From Hydrolagus affinis (taxonomy: Eukaryota), in NCBI GenBank assembly GCA_012026655.1, contig JAAILG010000964.1, positions 1 to 64,000 of the forward strand: DNA of 64,000 nt. Reading direction: 5' to 3'. This document shows positions 40,201-51,498 of this stretch, piece after piece. Under the pieces are notes generated by a model, which saw nothing but the letters and a program-made list of their open reading frames with translations, was not told the origin of the DNA and did not search any database. The position numbers were made by a program, and so were the translations under genes. Numbering within the stretch: position 1 is the stretch's first letter; every line of letters begins with the position of its first letter.

Positions 40201-43200
40201 ATGCATTCTGTTTATACAGCTGGAGGATGATTAGTTTTGAATTATTTTAGTTTTGATGAGATTTTTTGGATGGATACGAACCGAGTGCTCTAAATAAAAT
40301 TAGAAAAAAATTGAGGAGATGGATGATCCAAATCCAAAAGCATAATAGATATGGTTTATACTGTAAGAGCAAACAACACGCAAGGCATGAGTCAAAAAAA
40401 AGTCCTGCCTCAAGCAGGGCTAAATATTAGAATACTCAGGCAGTGGATATGTTGGATAGAATCTCAATATCGTTGACTGTTTTGATTAACCACTTCAAAT
40501 AAGTGTTTAAGTACTGTATCTGTTTGAGAACAATATTGTTAGAATTAGGAATGATGATCATACTGCTACAACAATGGCTTAATATTCTGCAGTTTGTGCT
40601 TGATATCTTTTATCTTGAAGGAGTACCTAAATATTTCCCTGCAGCAGAAAATATGGGTGGGGTAAATAAAGTCAGTGATAAGAATAATCATTGTCTGCCT
40701 CTGGGGAAAAAAATTAGTTTGATAGGCCACACACCTTTCCTTGTTGCATGCTTTCAAATGTTGCTGTCAGACAATCAATAAAACCATTTTATACATTCAA
40801 TTCCATACAGCTGACAGTTAAGTAAATCTGGAGGCCAACTGGCAATGAGCATTTTCCAAACACTTTTTAAATTCCATTTGTAAAGTGAGTTTCAAATATA
40901 TTTCTGATTTGCATCTTGAAGTTTAACATTCATCTTAGGTTATTCCTTTGTTCAACAACCCTTGACGTCCATTGTCCGTTGGAATAATTATGACTAAGCA
41001 AATTTGGACCTGTGCTCTGATGCATTAAATTACAATAATTTAAGCTATGTACTTCCAATTCTCTCTCCAGACTAATGGAAAAAGCATCTCTACAAATCAG
41101 TTGTCAAAACATCACTCAAATTACACCTACATATTTAGATTTTTAACACAAATACTTTTACAATATTCCAAATTGACTCCCAAAAGCCCTAATCTCTTAT
41201 CCAAAAATGCATTCACTGCTATGCTATTCAGCCTTTAAGCCTATATAATATACAGGTAGACCCTGCTTACCGAACACCCGGTCAACGAAAGTTCACTATA
41301 ACGAAGGTTTTCTATTTGTACCACTTACCTGCTTAACGAAGGCTGCGTTCGCTATAACGAATGTTTACACACACTTTAAATCTCGCAGGTTTCTCGTGGG
41401 CAGCATTTTCTGGTTGGCCAGCATTCTGCTGCTTAAGCTCCTCCATATTGTACGGGCTACACTACTTTGTGGCTTCAATAGTAAGTCAAGGCTGTCTGTA
41501 TTTTATTGTTTATTGTTGTATTTACTAACATTTTAATAAATCATTGTTGGATTTAAAGTTGTGTAGCCTGCAATAGCAGTTATATCTACCATAGGCCTTC
41601 GTTAGTACAGGGACTGAGGCCGAGCGGGTTTTCGTGTTTCTGATGTCCGAGATCTGGAAATGCTCAAGCCCAGGTTTGTGTATTTCTGGACTTCAGAATG
41701 CCAGAAAAGCGCATCACGAGTCTGGAAATGCCTGGGCACAGGTTGCGATATTTCAGTGTGGTGACTGTGAAGACCTGGCCTGGAACAGGTAGGATTGGCA
41801 TTTTTATTCGTGCAATTTTTGTGACATTCCATATTCCGAAACTCCAGATTTTGGACGCTCAACCTGTACACCGAAAATGTTAGCGCTAGGAACCAAACTG
41901 ATTTTAGCGGGGAGGCTCGGGTCGGGGCGGTGTTTTGGCTGCGGTCAAATACAGTAATAATTAAACTCTCGCTTAACAAAATTTTCGCTTGACGAAGGGT
42001 TTTGAAGTGCCTAACCCCTTCTTTAAACAGGGTCTACATGTATTCACAATGGAATTCAATATATTTTAGCCCAATTCCACCAAAATTTTATCTGGTTGAT
42101 AAACGGCAGCCTTCAATTCCTAAACTTGCTTAAAAATTTAAATGATTGTCTTGCACAATGCAGCATAGCACAGGTCCAAGTTTGCTTAGACATAATTATC
42201 CCAGCTCCAGACAGGTGAGAAACCAAACGAGATAAGATCTTATCATTTGCCTAAAGCCAAAAAGTAGTAGTGATTTTCCATCTAATTACTATCCACAACT
42301 ATTTAGGCTCTTTGGCTCAAAGTGACTATTCAACAGAGTAGTCTTTGTCTGCGATGAATTCAGTCTGGTATTTTACATTACGAGTCAGTCAGAGACAACA
42401 GGTTTGTCTAGCCAAAAGGATTGCTCAGGTCACCACCAATGTCATTCCAGCCAGCTCTTTTTACATCAATAACATTTTTACTTTTGAAACTGGTACTTTA
42501 AAATTAAATGCTGCACCAAGCAAAAACTTACAAGGATTTTCAAAAACGTCCAGCATTGGAAACACAGTGTAAAATAAAATAGTCATGAATGAGTTACAAA
42601 GCACCACAGCAATTGAAGGAGTTCTGGTGATATCAGATGAATAATTAAAATTGGCTAAAGTATTTCAACATGTCATTTGAACCAATGATTTGTGTTACTG
42701 TGGTGATCTCATTGAATGCCATCTACAAACTTGTCTGTTTTCTCGCCCTGCTTATAATTGTAACTCAGTGTATAAGGTTCTGCAGTGGATCGGCACTAAA
42801 TTGGCACTCTTTGCACTATCAGCGTAAAAACAGCAGAAGTGAACAGGCAGCACAGTGGGACAGGATGATTAAATGCTGTGCCACTGAGTAGCTGGATTCA
42901 GATCACATCCGATATTCTCTATAGTTAGGTCCTAATCTCAGCTGTCTGGGGAAGTGCAAAGCAGATCAAGTGTGGGAATATCAGGAGTTGACTTACATCA
43001 TTCATTAAGACAGTTCCCCCAGTAGCTTCAATGTAAAACAGTTTTCAGTATAAATATGAACAACTAATGTTAAATGAGTGCTGTGTATTTATTAAATACA
43101 GCATAATCATATTTTTCTTTAAAGGCTCATTCATCTGTGCAGAAGACATATCGATTTCAAGCTACTTTCTGTTTACTATTCTTACAGGAATGCAGACTAA

Positions 43201-45064
43201 TAAAATTCCTCTCCTTCTGCTTCTTATACTGTCTAATAACATGTGATATTGACAGGTTTGATTAAAGGCATTTAAAAGTAATTACCTACCTCTGGCAGTC
43301 ATTTTCCAACATCCTGCCTTTTCCTTATCTGTTCAAATTGTTTTGTGTTCGAATGTGTTTGCCTCTGGCAGATCTCTTTACAGTTTTATAAAAAAAAGTG
43401 ATTGATGATTTTAACTTTTTCTCCAATATTTGACAGCTGCTCATTTGGAGGTTGTGGTTATACAAAGGAGTGGGATTATGTTGTGTTAATAGACTGCTCC
43501 CATGCGGCCTGGATACCTACCAAAAGCTGCTACTTTGATTATCACGGCGTGAACATTAGACGATATAATTTCTCTCAGCAAATCTTCCTGGTTTCGACGC
43601 CAGAGGTAAGCTAAGGACTGGAGATTAAGTCGCCTGCACCTGTGCAGGAAAATTAAGAGATGTTCAAGCTGGATACATTTCAAAAATACTGATGCTCTTT
43701 AAAAAGGTGAATCTTTTAAACCACTATCATAGCAACAGACCAAGAGCATTAACATGGTCCACATTCCAGAAGACAACAGCACAAGACAGGCCTTAGGGTC
43801 TTAAAGAAACAAAATACAAGAAGCTAGCTCAGGAACTCGTTCACTTATTTAAATTAAAGTAGTTTTATTTCTACAAACATACTAAAAAAAATAGTGGGGA
43901 TAGCATAGTCTGTTAACATAACACACCCAAACTGCCAAAACGTATTGTGGCATTGCACTGCTTAATGTTAGGATGCTGCCTTACAATCACAATTCACCAC
44001 ACAGTGAACTCTCAGTTTTGCCCAATTTGTCTGGGGTAGAAAGCTAGAGATGGGAGTACAGAGTGACAGGTACCATAACCCTCTAATTCACAACTCCAGG
44101 GCAGCATCAACAAGTTCATGCTTGCTCTCAAGCTGTAAATGTGGAATAATAAAGGGAGGGAATGGGGAGAGGGGGGTCCGTGTGAAGCCCCTTTAAAAAT
44201 GTGATAGAAAAACCATAGTGACTCATTTTTTGAAGAATAATTGGAAAGATTAGAAAACTGTCAGTAAAATCAAGACAGGAACATTGTAGAGCTCCTAACT
44301 ATATTGCAGCATTTGGGTTTAATGGGTATTACAGATAGTACTTGCTTGTGATGTCTGACCATCATAATTTCAATAGGTAGACAAGTGAAAACATCTTCTA
44401 GTTAATATAAAATATTTAACACAGGGCCTCAGTGATCTATTCTTATATTTATATTATAATATCCACAACAACAAAACCTATTATCAAGTCAGTAAGGGCA
44501 TTTTAACTTTTCATAGCACACAGAATGCCTTAGGATACCTGTACGGTTGGAATCTAGTATTTTCTGGATACATCCAAATGCTGCCCTAAGGTAATATTTG
44601 GTATAGAGATAGAGTTAAAGCAAGAAACAAAAGGTAAAATTACATTCATAGACTATTTCAAACTATTGTAATGGTTCAGAGCATCAGCATTATCTCATCG
44701 TAACAATATTGCTCAGTCTATAACTTCAGTGTCATTACCTAATTCCCCTTCACACAAACAGCAATGTTCCAGATAAGATCAATATACCCACATGTACCAC
44801 TAGCATAAAACATCTCAATTAAATGTACAATTTTTTTCTACCAAGATCACAAACATTCACTAATGCACAAAAATGAAGAAGATGCCTGTAAGATTTGCCA
44901 TCCTATCTTTTCATGTACAAGTCAATGCATTAAACAAATTAAATGTAAAAGTTTATAAAATAAGAAAGAGAAAATGAACAGATTGCTTACACATGTTCTA
45001 CTCTGACACGTTGGTAGTCAGAAAGAATGGCACCGACTGAAACTCCTTTGACTCCCTCCTTCTC
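19097..45064 (-). CDS. DPH6: DPH6 diphthine--ammonia ligase, long form with C-terminal Rid domains (partial gene, 9 exons in window)
   Basis: Exon lengths 74+119+62+95+94+145+132+130+175 = 1026 nt. All junctions are GT-AG with matching phases and the frame stays open: [50 protein letters not shown]...[22 protein letters not shown]...[14 protein letters not shown]...NPPARVCVE...[21 protein letters not shown]. Confidence 0.97.
19398..19527 (-). mobile_element. tRNA/Deu-type SINE, 3' half
   Basis: (AAT)n-CCTTGCATTTGATAGAGCGC...AATTGCGCACA, same family as 18731-19031. Confidence 0.8.
19560..19870 (+). mobile_element. Old DeuSINE (AmnSINE1/SacSINE1-like Deu domain)
   Basis: GGTGCCATCTTTCAGA...TCAGGTGGACTTTAAAGATTCCAT...TTGTGGGACCTTG...AATGGCTG are collinear with the Deu domain as recalled. 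Confidence 0.6.
20244..20373 (-). CDS. DPH6: DPH6 exon 11 (130 nt), core of Rid domain 1
   Basis: ttttgtag|CTCAA...GCAAG|gtaata. Encodes [43 protein letters not shown](R), with the Rid pattern DF..N..Y..F...PAR. Confidence 0.95.
20401..20703 (+). mobile_element. L2-clade LINE 3' fragment
   Basis: CTCCTTCAAGGCACATCTCAAGA...GCACCTTTGGACATCCTTCTGATATGAAAGGTGCTCTGCAAATATGATTTGTAGTTGTT. Reverse-complement homologue of 29596-29925. Confidence 0.85.
21245..21376 (-). CDS. DPH6: DPH6 exon 10 (132 nt), start of Rid domain 1
   Basis: ctctttcag|AGGAG...CTGCAGG|gtattt. Encodes (E)[43 protein letters not shown], with the GYQWI.GI motif recalled from long-form DPH6. Confidence 0.9.
21425..21550 (+). mobile_element. 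Degenerate L2 3' fragment
   Basis: GGGTCCTAATCCCTGACTGTTCAGCACCTTGGGATGTCCTCC matches the L2 3' UTR. Confidence 0.65.
21798..22086 (-). mobile_element. tRNA/Deu-type SINE, near full length
   Basis: Head GGAGTCCTGTAGCTCAGTGGTTAC; body and (ATT)n tail as in 18731-19031. Confidence 0.88.
22146..22194 (+). mobile_element. Isolated L2 3' tail
   Basis: ACGTCCTCTCGACATAAAAGGCACTCTATCAATGTAATTTTGTTGTTGT. Confidence 0.7.
22255..22399 (-). CDS. DPH6: DPH6 linker exon (exon 9, 145 nt)
   Basis: tagcag|GTGACT...AACCTG|gtatgt. Encodes [48 protein letters not shown](E). It supplies the phase 0-to-1 change needed between its neighbours. The peptide is poorly conserved, so the call rests on splice sites and phase. 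Confidence 0.78.
22463..22690 (-). mobile_element. L2-clade LINE 3' fragment
   Basis: ACAATAACAAAATTACATTTGTATCGCGCC...TCTTGAGATGAGTCTTCAAGGAGGCAAGGGAGG, homologous to 3465-3710. Confidence 0.85.
26060..26413 (-). mobile_element. tRNA/Deu-type SINE, near full length
   Basis: Tail AATAATCCTTGCATTTAATATAGCGCC and degenerate head GTGGAGCTTGTAGCATCGGTTAGAGCACTCACC. Confidence 0.82.
27050..27300 (+). mobile_element. Old SINE-like repeat of a second family
   Basis: GAGTTAACTGAATTCAGCTG...GGCACTACAATTG...AGGGTTCCTGCTCCTGA. Related degenerate copies occur at about 20055-20180 and 55965-56060 (CAGCCAGG...CTCCTGATGACTATCCAGTG). Confidence 0.5.
28261..28415 (-). mobile_element. L2-clade 3' end, second subfamily
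   Basis: (CAA)n-CTTCGATTTATATAGCGCCCTCCA...TCTCAGAGTGCTTCACA, shared with the RT-bearing copy at 34742-35420. Confidence 0.75.
28460..28654. mobile_element. ~195-bp Tigger/pogo-type MITE with TA target duplication
   Basis: TA|CAGCGAAAGCCTGTTTATCCGGCACC ... GGTGCCAGATAAACAGGCTTTTATTG|TA. A second copy lies in the opposite orientation at 59893-60091. Confidence 0.9.
29237..29545. mobile_element. ~310-bp Tigger-type MITE with TA target duplication
   Basis: TA|CAGGTGGAACGTCAATAATCTGGCA ... TGCCTGATTATCAACATTCCACTG|TA, imperfect terminal inverted repeats. Confidence 0.75.
29596..29925 (-). mobile_element. L2-clade LINE 3' fragment
   Basis: (CAA)n-AATTACATTTATAGAGCTCCTTTCATGTCTGGAGGATGTCCCAAGGCGCTG. 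Minus-strand peptide [14 protein letters not shown] resembles the end of L2 ORF2. Confidence 0.88.
29977..30070 (-). CDS. DPH6: DPH6 exon, equivalent to exon 8 (94 nt), end of the synthetase domain
   Basis: ttttctgcag|TGATTCC...CCTAAT|gtgagt. Encodes [31 protein letters not shown]. Confidence 0.96.
33276..33370 (-). CDS. DPH6: DPH6 exon, equivalent to exon 7 (95 nt)
   Basis: ttttgcag|ATTTCT...GTTGT|gtgagt. Encodes [31 protein letters not shown](V), containing the GEGGEYET family signature. Confidence 0.97.
33930..34160 (+). mobile_element. Possible highly degenerate RTE-clade LINE fragment
   Basis: Translation [32 protein letters not shown] resembles the RTE ORF C-terminal pattern LPKQILY.EL..G.R..G....R.KD. 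Stop codons are present. Confidence 0.35.
34458..34519 (-). CDS. DPH6: DPH6 exon, equivalent to exon 6 (62 nt)
   Basis: ttgcag|GTCTGGAT...CTTCAG|gtataa. Encodes (G)[20 protein letters not shown]. Confidence 0.96.
34742..35420 (-). mobile_element. 5'-truncated L2-clade LINE
   Basis: ORF 34868..35296: [29 protein letters not shown]...[28 protein letters not shown]. (CAA)n tail at about 34742. Confidence 0.93.
36615..36745 (-). mobile_element. Degenerate L2 ORF2 fragment
   Basis: GTGGAGGGCTTTCAAAGTGAGGGGAAGGATTTTAAATTTGAT is homologous to 35091-35135 (FKIL.L.FK.LH region). Confidence 0.55.
37075..37362 (+). mobile_element. Old DeuSINE
   Basis: GGTACCATCCTTCAAATGAG...TCAGGTGGGAGTTAATAAGCCATGGCACCATT...TGTGAAGTGCC...GATGCTATATCAAA. 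Confidence 0.6.
39052..39285 (-). mobile_element. Old DeuSINE
   Basis: (ATA)n-ATCCTT tail, AATTTGCGCACAACAATGTCCCACAAA and GAATAGTG...TTTTAACATCTATCTGA. Confidence 0.6.
41253..42040. mobile_element. Non-autonomous Tigger-like DNA transposon (~790 bp) with TA target duplication
   Basis: TA|CAGGTAGACCCTGCTTA ... TAAACAGGGTCTACATG|TA. Repeated subterminal (T/A)AACGAA motifs and a CpG-rich interior. Confidence 0.85.
41640..41866. mobile_element. MER46/Tigger4-like MITE fragment nested in the 41253-42040 element
   Basis: The right end CCGAAACTCCAGATTTTGGACGCTCAACCTG|TA reads CAGGTTGAGCGTCC on the other strand, a Tigger4-type terminal repeat. The left end is unresolved. Confidence 0.55.
43521..43639 (-). 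CDS. DPH6: DPH6 exon, equivalent to exon 5 (119 nt)
   Basis: cacag|GTGCAGG...TTTG|gtaggt. Encodes [39 protein letters not shown](G). Overlaps ORF 43486..43683. Confidence 0.97.
44991..45064 (-). CDS. DPH6: DPH6 exon, equivalent to human exon 4 (74 nt)
   Basis: ttttgcag|GAGAAG...CATGT|gtaagc. Encodes [25 protein letters not shown], containing the GAILSDYQR motif. Confidence 0.97.
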
Positions 45065-45325
45065 CTGCAAAATAATGTATTGAGTGGTCAACTCTAGACA
45101 AATCATCTAGCCAGCTTCAGGCCATCACAATGCAAGGTCAACGATTGAAATAGCAATTCCTCAAAATATTAAACAGCTAGAGGGTTTAATATAATTGATA
45201 TTTGTCAGTTCTAAAGCAGCTTAGATGCTGAACAATGAGACCAGTAAACTAGAGCTTCCAGAGCTCACCTTACCAATTGCCCTCTTTCAAAAATTTGAAG
45301 ATCCTAATAAAGAAATTTCTACTGA

Positions 45326-45472
45326 AGAAAATTTCATCTTGGGATGCTTATAGGAATTACTTGGGGGGAAAATCTCACCTTGAAATGCTTATAGGAATTA
45401 CCATAGAGAAAATCTCACTTTGGGGGTAGTTATAGGAATTAGTGTAGGGACAATCTCATTTTGTGATGCTTA
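45326..45472. repeat. Minisatellite, ~40-bp unit, about 3.6 copies
   Basis: Core (A/G)GAAAATCTCA(C/T)(C/T)TTG...TGCTTATAGGAATTA, with units starting near 45326, 45367, 45407 and 45448. Confidence 0.9.
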
Positions 45473-48400
45473 AGCATGCATCTTCAAGACTGGCAGTGAA
45501 CCTCCTCTACTCTATTGTGTACAAGATTTTGGGGTGATTGTCTGCAGGTCAATGAATTTATGGCTTTTAGCAGGCAAAAACATCTTATTCTCTGGGGAAA
45601 GCTTAACATGAACCAAAGAATTTAGGCCTCTAAGGTAAAGTAAATACTTCACTGTGAACATAATATAGTTTATAGGGTCTCCCTAGGGGCATGTTGTTGC
45701 GTTTTTCCATGGGAGGGAAAACACAGGTCACTCCCTACCACTTTCCATCAAGGGTATGTGTTTATAAACTGTTACCTCTGTGGCCTTTCGTTCTGATTTA
45801 TTGCTAACTTTGTGGGCCGAGTAGGCTTTTCAATTGTTGAAATCACTAATAGAACAATTTGATACTTGCTTCTTTATGGAGCACAGAAACCACATCACTT
45901 TCTCTAGTTAAAAACAAGTTGCAGGAATTCTGGTGCCCACTCACATATTTGCCATTTCGGAAACAGTCACATGAGTGGGAGTTTTCATTATAATTCTTTT
46001 CCCGAAAAATCTGCTATCTTCTGCCACAGCATTTCTACCCAATACTATGATTCTACTTTCATCTGGTGCCCAAATAACATCGTCCGATTTCATTGGCAGT
46101 AAAATACAGGCTAGTGATAGGTTTACACTTATCCCACTGAAACATTTTAGGTTTTAAGATATAAACACGCCTTAATACACAAGAGCACTTTGTTGCACAA
46201 TGAGTAGGAATTGAAAATCCAACTAAATATAAATGTTATACACAAAACAACCATATTTGGCACTGGATCTCAACCAAATTATGAGCTGTTTCACTTCTAA
46301 AAAAATATGAACTACAAAAGGGTTAAGGGAAATAAATGACTGGAAAGTCAACGCATCAAAGAGTTTTGAAATTAAATCTCACTGGACTGAGGAATGAAAT
46401 CTTTTACTCTCTCGCTAAATCTGTTACTGTCTAAACAGTTTTAAACTTTTCAAACCATGACTAGATACTACTTACTGCAACTGACCCAAAGCTTCAGTGA
46501 CTTATTTTAATAACTGAGAAATATTCATTTTAAACAACAGTTTAATCACATCATATTATTATTATGTTTAATCAGCAAAATTTCTTGAAAGCTTTAAATC
46601 CACTGTCGGATTTTATTAAAATAGAATTAATCCATTTGCTTATGCAAATGTTCTCTATCGCATTTCTGAAATCCCAGTTTTAATTCTCCTTTTACAGTGC
46701 CTACAAGAAGCGTTTAAATCAGCTTCATGACAACACTGCATTAATTCAAAAATCCTTCCTCTCCCCCATCTTTTTAGGTCCAATTGAATTTCAATGCAAT
46801 TTCACTCAATCCATTTTTAAAACCTTCGATGACTCTGAAGTAAAACAATACCTTCTCAGAGACTAACTTCATTTTACTTGCTTTGATTTGTTAACATTTG
46901 TCTCGGATTCAACTTAACATGCAAAAATAAATCTATTTAAATTCCTTAAATTCTAAATCTTCCTCTGGCTCAATTGCATCATTTAGTTTGTCCAAGATAA
47001 TCAAACAGAAAACAGAACATATAGTAACTGGTTAACAGCTTGCATTGATTTCAAAGGGCCAAAGAGTTTGATAACACTAAGCTCTTTATCAATTATGGAG
47101 GAAAGCACTATTAATGTGACAATGATTCAACCTGTACCATTTATGGTTCTGCCATTTCAAACAGAAAGAGAATCTTATGTTCGGGAGCTTATTTCCAAAG
47201 TTGACAAAATTAAATCTTTTTTAAAAAAGTTGCTGAGGATTAAGCAAATAGGACACTTTCCAGTAAGTTCCAAGCACTTAAGTTAGTTGCTTTGAAAGTC
47301 CGGTGAGATTCCAGAAAGGATTTCCAAGTTATACAGATAATTTTCTGCAGCATATGCAGATAGATAGACAGATAGATAAAATTGTGGATTTATCTTTGAA
47401 CATCTGGTGAGATAACAAGTCTGTAGATTTTGGTGCTTATAGTTTTGTTCTTTTTAACCAAATGAGTGCATGTGGTATGTCTCAATGTGAATATTCAATT
47501 TCATACCCTTTTTAAATATAGCAGTACAAGTAAGCCAACTTTAAAGGGATTCCACAGTGTAAAAGGATAAGGTACAGAATTATTTCTGGTTATGATAAAT
47601 ACATTTTTGGATAACTAAACCCCAATCCATACTTACTTTGAAGTTGAAATTTCCTTTTAAATTCCTTGAATGCATACTGACATCAGCTAGGCAGAAGAGT
47701 ATTGTAAAATAAGATTATACTGCTTACTGCCAGTAATAACATATGTAAAATTGCCTGCCTGAATATGTAAAATGTTTTAAACAAAAATAGCAAACCTGGT
47801 CCAAAGCATAGCAAAAAATACCTTCATAGCTGTAGAAGCTGTCGTCAGTAGCAAGCTAACCTTAAGGGCAGCAATTGGGATCTGCAGTCCTGAGATAAAC
47901 GAGTATTTGTTCACAAAAAAAGTACTGTAAGTTACTGAATAAAATCATTACATTTTCTGTATGACTCTTCCAATCAAAGAAGCAGAAAAAAGAAAAGTCA
48001 TAATTCCACTTAGTGATATTATCTGCATTCTCTCACTTAATCATTTCAGTACTGTCTTAAAACTAGCTGAAATATTATTTCAATTACCACATAATCAGCA
48101 ACAAATGAAACCAATAATTTTCAGACATAATTTTTTTTTGTCTTGACAGCATTCTTCATGCTGATTAACCCACAAAGCTCACCATGTCTAGTATAACGAG
48201 AGACTAATGACTCTTCATTTAAAATCAAAGGAACCTAATCTAACAGTATTAATGAGCGCATAGTCATTTATGTTACAACTATTCAGTGAAATGAATGACC
48301 GCCAAGAGAGAAGCCAGGTCTCATTTAATAAGGTGAGGACCAACTCACAATTAATGCTTTAAATAAGCAAAATTCGTCAGCTTCCCACAACTTTACCTAT

Positions 48401-51342
48401 TGTAATAACTATATAAATTTCTCTGCTGTAGTTATATTCTATTTCAGTATTTAAGATAAAATTACATGAAATGTGGTTTTGTTCATTTTTGTCACTTATT
48501 CTAATTTAAAAATTCCAATATACTGTACTAGAATTCCTGCATGGTGAAAAAAGTAAATGTCCAATTTCAATTACGTCTGTAATAATGGCAATGCTATCCA
48601 TCCATTTACAATAAAATAATAGCACCAAGCTTATCATATAACTTTTCCTTATGAAGAACAGAATGTACTTCCATCATAAACCACTCTTAGGAACCCCTAA
48701 TACGACAGTATCAAACCAACATCAGAAAAATTATACTATGTTCAAATTTAGTTTATAACTATTCCTTGGACAATTTCACTGCCTTCCATTTACAACAATC
48801 AGTCATATAATGCGGGCATTGTACAAAGATAGAAGTCTTTTGAAAGGTTAAAGGTCTTTATTGATGGTCTCAGCTCTTTGTGACTTTAACTACTCATTCC
48901 ACCTGTTAAATGTATTACTTACAATTCAACTACTGGTAACTGGGACTCTTCACAAACGTTGAAAATATTGTAGAATCGGTACAGCTTAGTGTTCTACTAA
49001 TACTACCTCAGGCTCATAACCTGAAGCTGCATAGAACACCACAAGTTCAACTACAGTTCAGGAAACCAATTCAGAATTCAAAGCTTTCTGTAAATGTATG
49101 TCAAGCCAGAACTACACAGAACCAGATTAAGCTCCACAACTTCCTGCTTTCTCCATTTCATTAAACTGTCAGTCAGCTGGGCCCCAGAACGATGACATTC
49201 CTGACCCTGATATTTTGTCATGGCAATCAACATTAGGAAAGGGTTCCCCTGTAGTATTGAAATGAAAACTTTTAATACATAGTCTGCTGTGCATTTGAAC
49301 TAAACATACTTTTCTGGAGATAAAAAAGGTTTGAATTTTAACAAACATGTTTTTCAAATTTTGATCTCATGTTAATTGTTACCAATGTAGAACAAGCAAT
49401 AACTCAACAGTTCATCATAAACCACATCTTAAATAGCTCTCAACAAAGTAGGCATGGTCTGTTATCTGCTTTTGCTAGAACACACAGCAACAGTTGAAGT
49501 GATTAGTTAATATGATTAGAAATACAAGAAGCAGAAACACTGTTTCCAATGTAATTAAAGTGGGTTAAAGTAATTGGGAAACAATATCATTTTGACTAAA
49601 ATTGCTATCACTCAACAGCAAACTATGGTTGTTTGTTTGATCTGGATAAACAAATGCAACTAATCACACTGTATAATAACTATTTACCATATTGTAATAA
49701 TCATTAATTTAATACAATGATTTTAATCTATCAAGATTGCAATGATTCAAAGTGCTTCCAAAGATAATTGCTGCCAAATTATGTGACTGTATTTGTAGAC
49801 AATGGTTGTTATTAAATTAACAAACCATCAATAACTGATTTGTGTTCTCAATAGGACCTATATTTGTGACTTGGTTGACATCCATCACAGGAGTTTCTTG
49901 AAAACAAAATTTCCTTAAACATTTATTTTCATATTTAAAAAGTCAGCATTCTCAGCTCATCTCGTTCTACAAACAGGTTACCTGAGGTGCACCAAAACAT
50001 ACATAACTTGAGACTATAAAGATTTAATAATAATACAAATTTCACGTCAAAATACAGTGACCACACATTCGAGGTAATTCATGTAAGACATCCTCCTGAT
50101 ATGAAAGGCAATACATCAAATGCAAGTAATTATTATTGTTATTACATTATTTAGATTGCTCCTCCCCCAAAACAAAAATCAAAAGGCATACTTATTCATT
50201 AGATTAGCAGAGAAAGTACCATTCGAAATATTATATATATATATATCTATATATCTCTATATGCGCCCTGTAAACATGTAGACAAGCATAATGCATATCT
50301 AAGACATTTTGTCCCTCTACATAAAAATATTTCAGCAGATAAGATTAAAAGAGGTAACTCAAAATGATCTGAGATGTACTTCAGGATACGATTTGTTTAG
50401 ATACTCAAACAAATCATTTTGTGCAAAATAAGCTTTTTAAAGTATTTATAACTCAATTGCAAAAACCTTGTTAAAGTGTTGCAGCATTTCATCAAAGAAT
50501 TTAAAACTTCACGCAAAGCATGAAGTACAGCAAACCTCTAGTCTCAGTGCAGTACAGTTGAACACTGCTGGCTATAGATTTTTGAAGCATAAAAGGTAGT
50601 TTTGAGAAAAACAGAAGCATGGCATAGGGAAAACTGTGAAATTAAAGGCAAGGATTATGGTACCAAGGATGAGATCATCTTTAAATGGATGTCTTTCATG
50701 CAAATCAAAGGTGCGTTTAAAACTTTCACGGCTAAAATGTTGATTTGTTTCAGTTCCAAGCTGTTTATTCACTGCCAAATTCACTGGTTGCTAGGGTTAT
50801 ACTGTGCAAAGAATAGAGTTGAAGAGCCAAGAAAGTGTGGATTTTGTTTCAGATACCCCCTTGGAGATGAGACCTGGCATCAAGCCAAATTACTCAGTTC
50901 TAATTTTCTTAATAAATGTAATTAGTATCAGAGCACAAGGAGAAAAGAGAGCTAGAATGATGTCATGCATGTGGCTATTATGGAGACCCAGATGTACTAT
51001 AATCTAGGACTTATTATATTTGTGGTTTTTTTTTATAGAAAGCAAGGTCACAAACTAGATATCAGCTACAGCACACATTCCTACTTTTGAATGTTTTCAG
51101 GTTTAAGCTGCAGACTTCTGCAATCATAGGTTGAGTGGCTGTACCTTATTGTACGGTTGGGCTACAGATGATGGAAGTTCAAATAAGTTTTTTTTTAATC
51201 TTTCTGCAGTAATCACTGACACGCAACTAAATCTTGTTACACAATTGCACATAAGAGTGTTTGTTGGACATAATTTGTAAAATGTCTGCAAATAAAAGTG
51301 TAGAAAAGAAAGATATGGATGAAAATCCCAACATATATTCAG

Positions 51343-51497
51343 ACAAAAACGCAAAATACTGCAGTTGCTGGAAATCTGAAACAAAAACAGTAGTTGCTGG
51401 GAAAACTCAGCAGGTCAGGCAGCATCTATGGAGAAAGGAAAAGTGAGTCAATGTTTCAGGTCCATGAGCCTTCGTCAGCAGTTCTGAAGAATGGCAC
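51343..51497 (-). mobile_element. Penelope-like terminal-repeat-derived element containing a hammerhead-like core
   Basis: GCTGGAAATCTGAAACAAAAACAG...GCTGGGAAAACTCAGCAGGTCAGGCAGCATCTATGGAG, recalled as a common shark repeat. The minus strand at 51453-51478 reads CTGACGA-AGGCTCATGGACCT-GAAAC. Confidence 0.6.
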
Positions 51498-51498
51498 A

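Noticed and set aside
45326-45472. Repeat-spacer-like pattern suggesting a CRISPR array
   Set aside because: The context is vertebrate, the variable parts are under 10 nt and related to each other, and there are no cas genes. It is a minisatellite.
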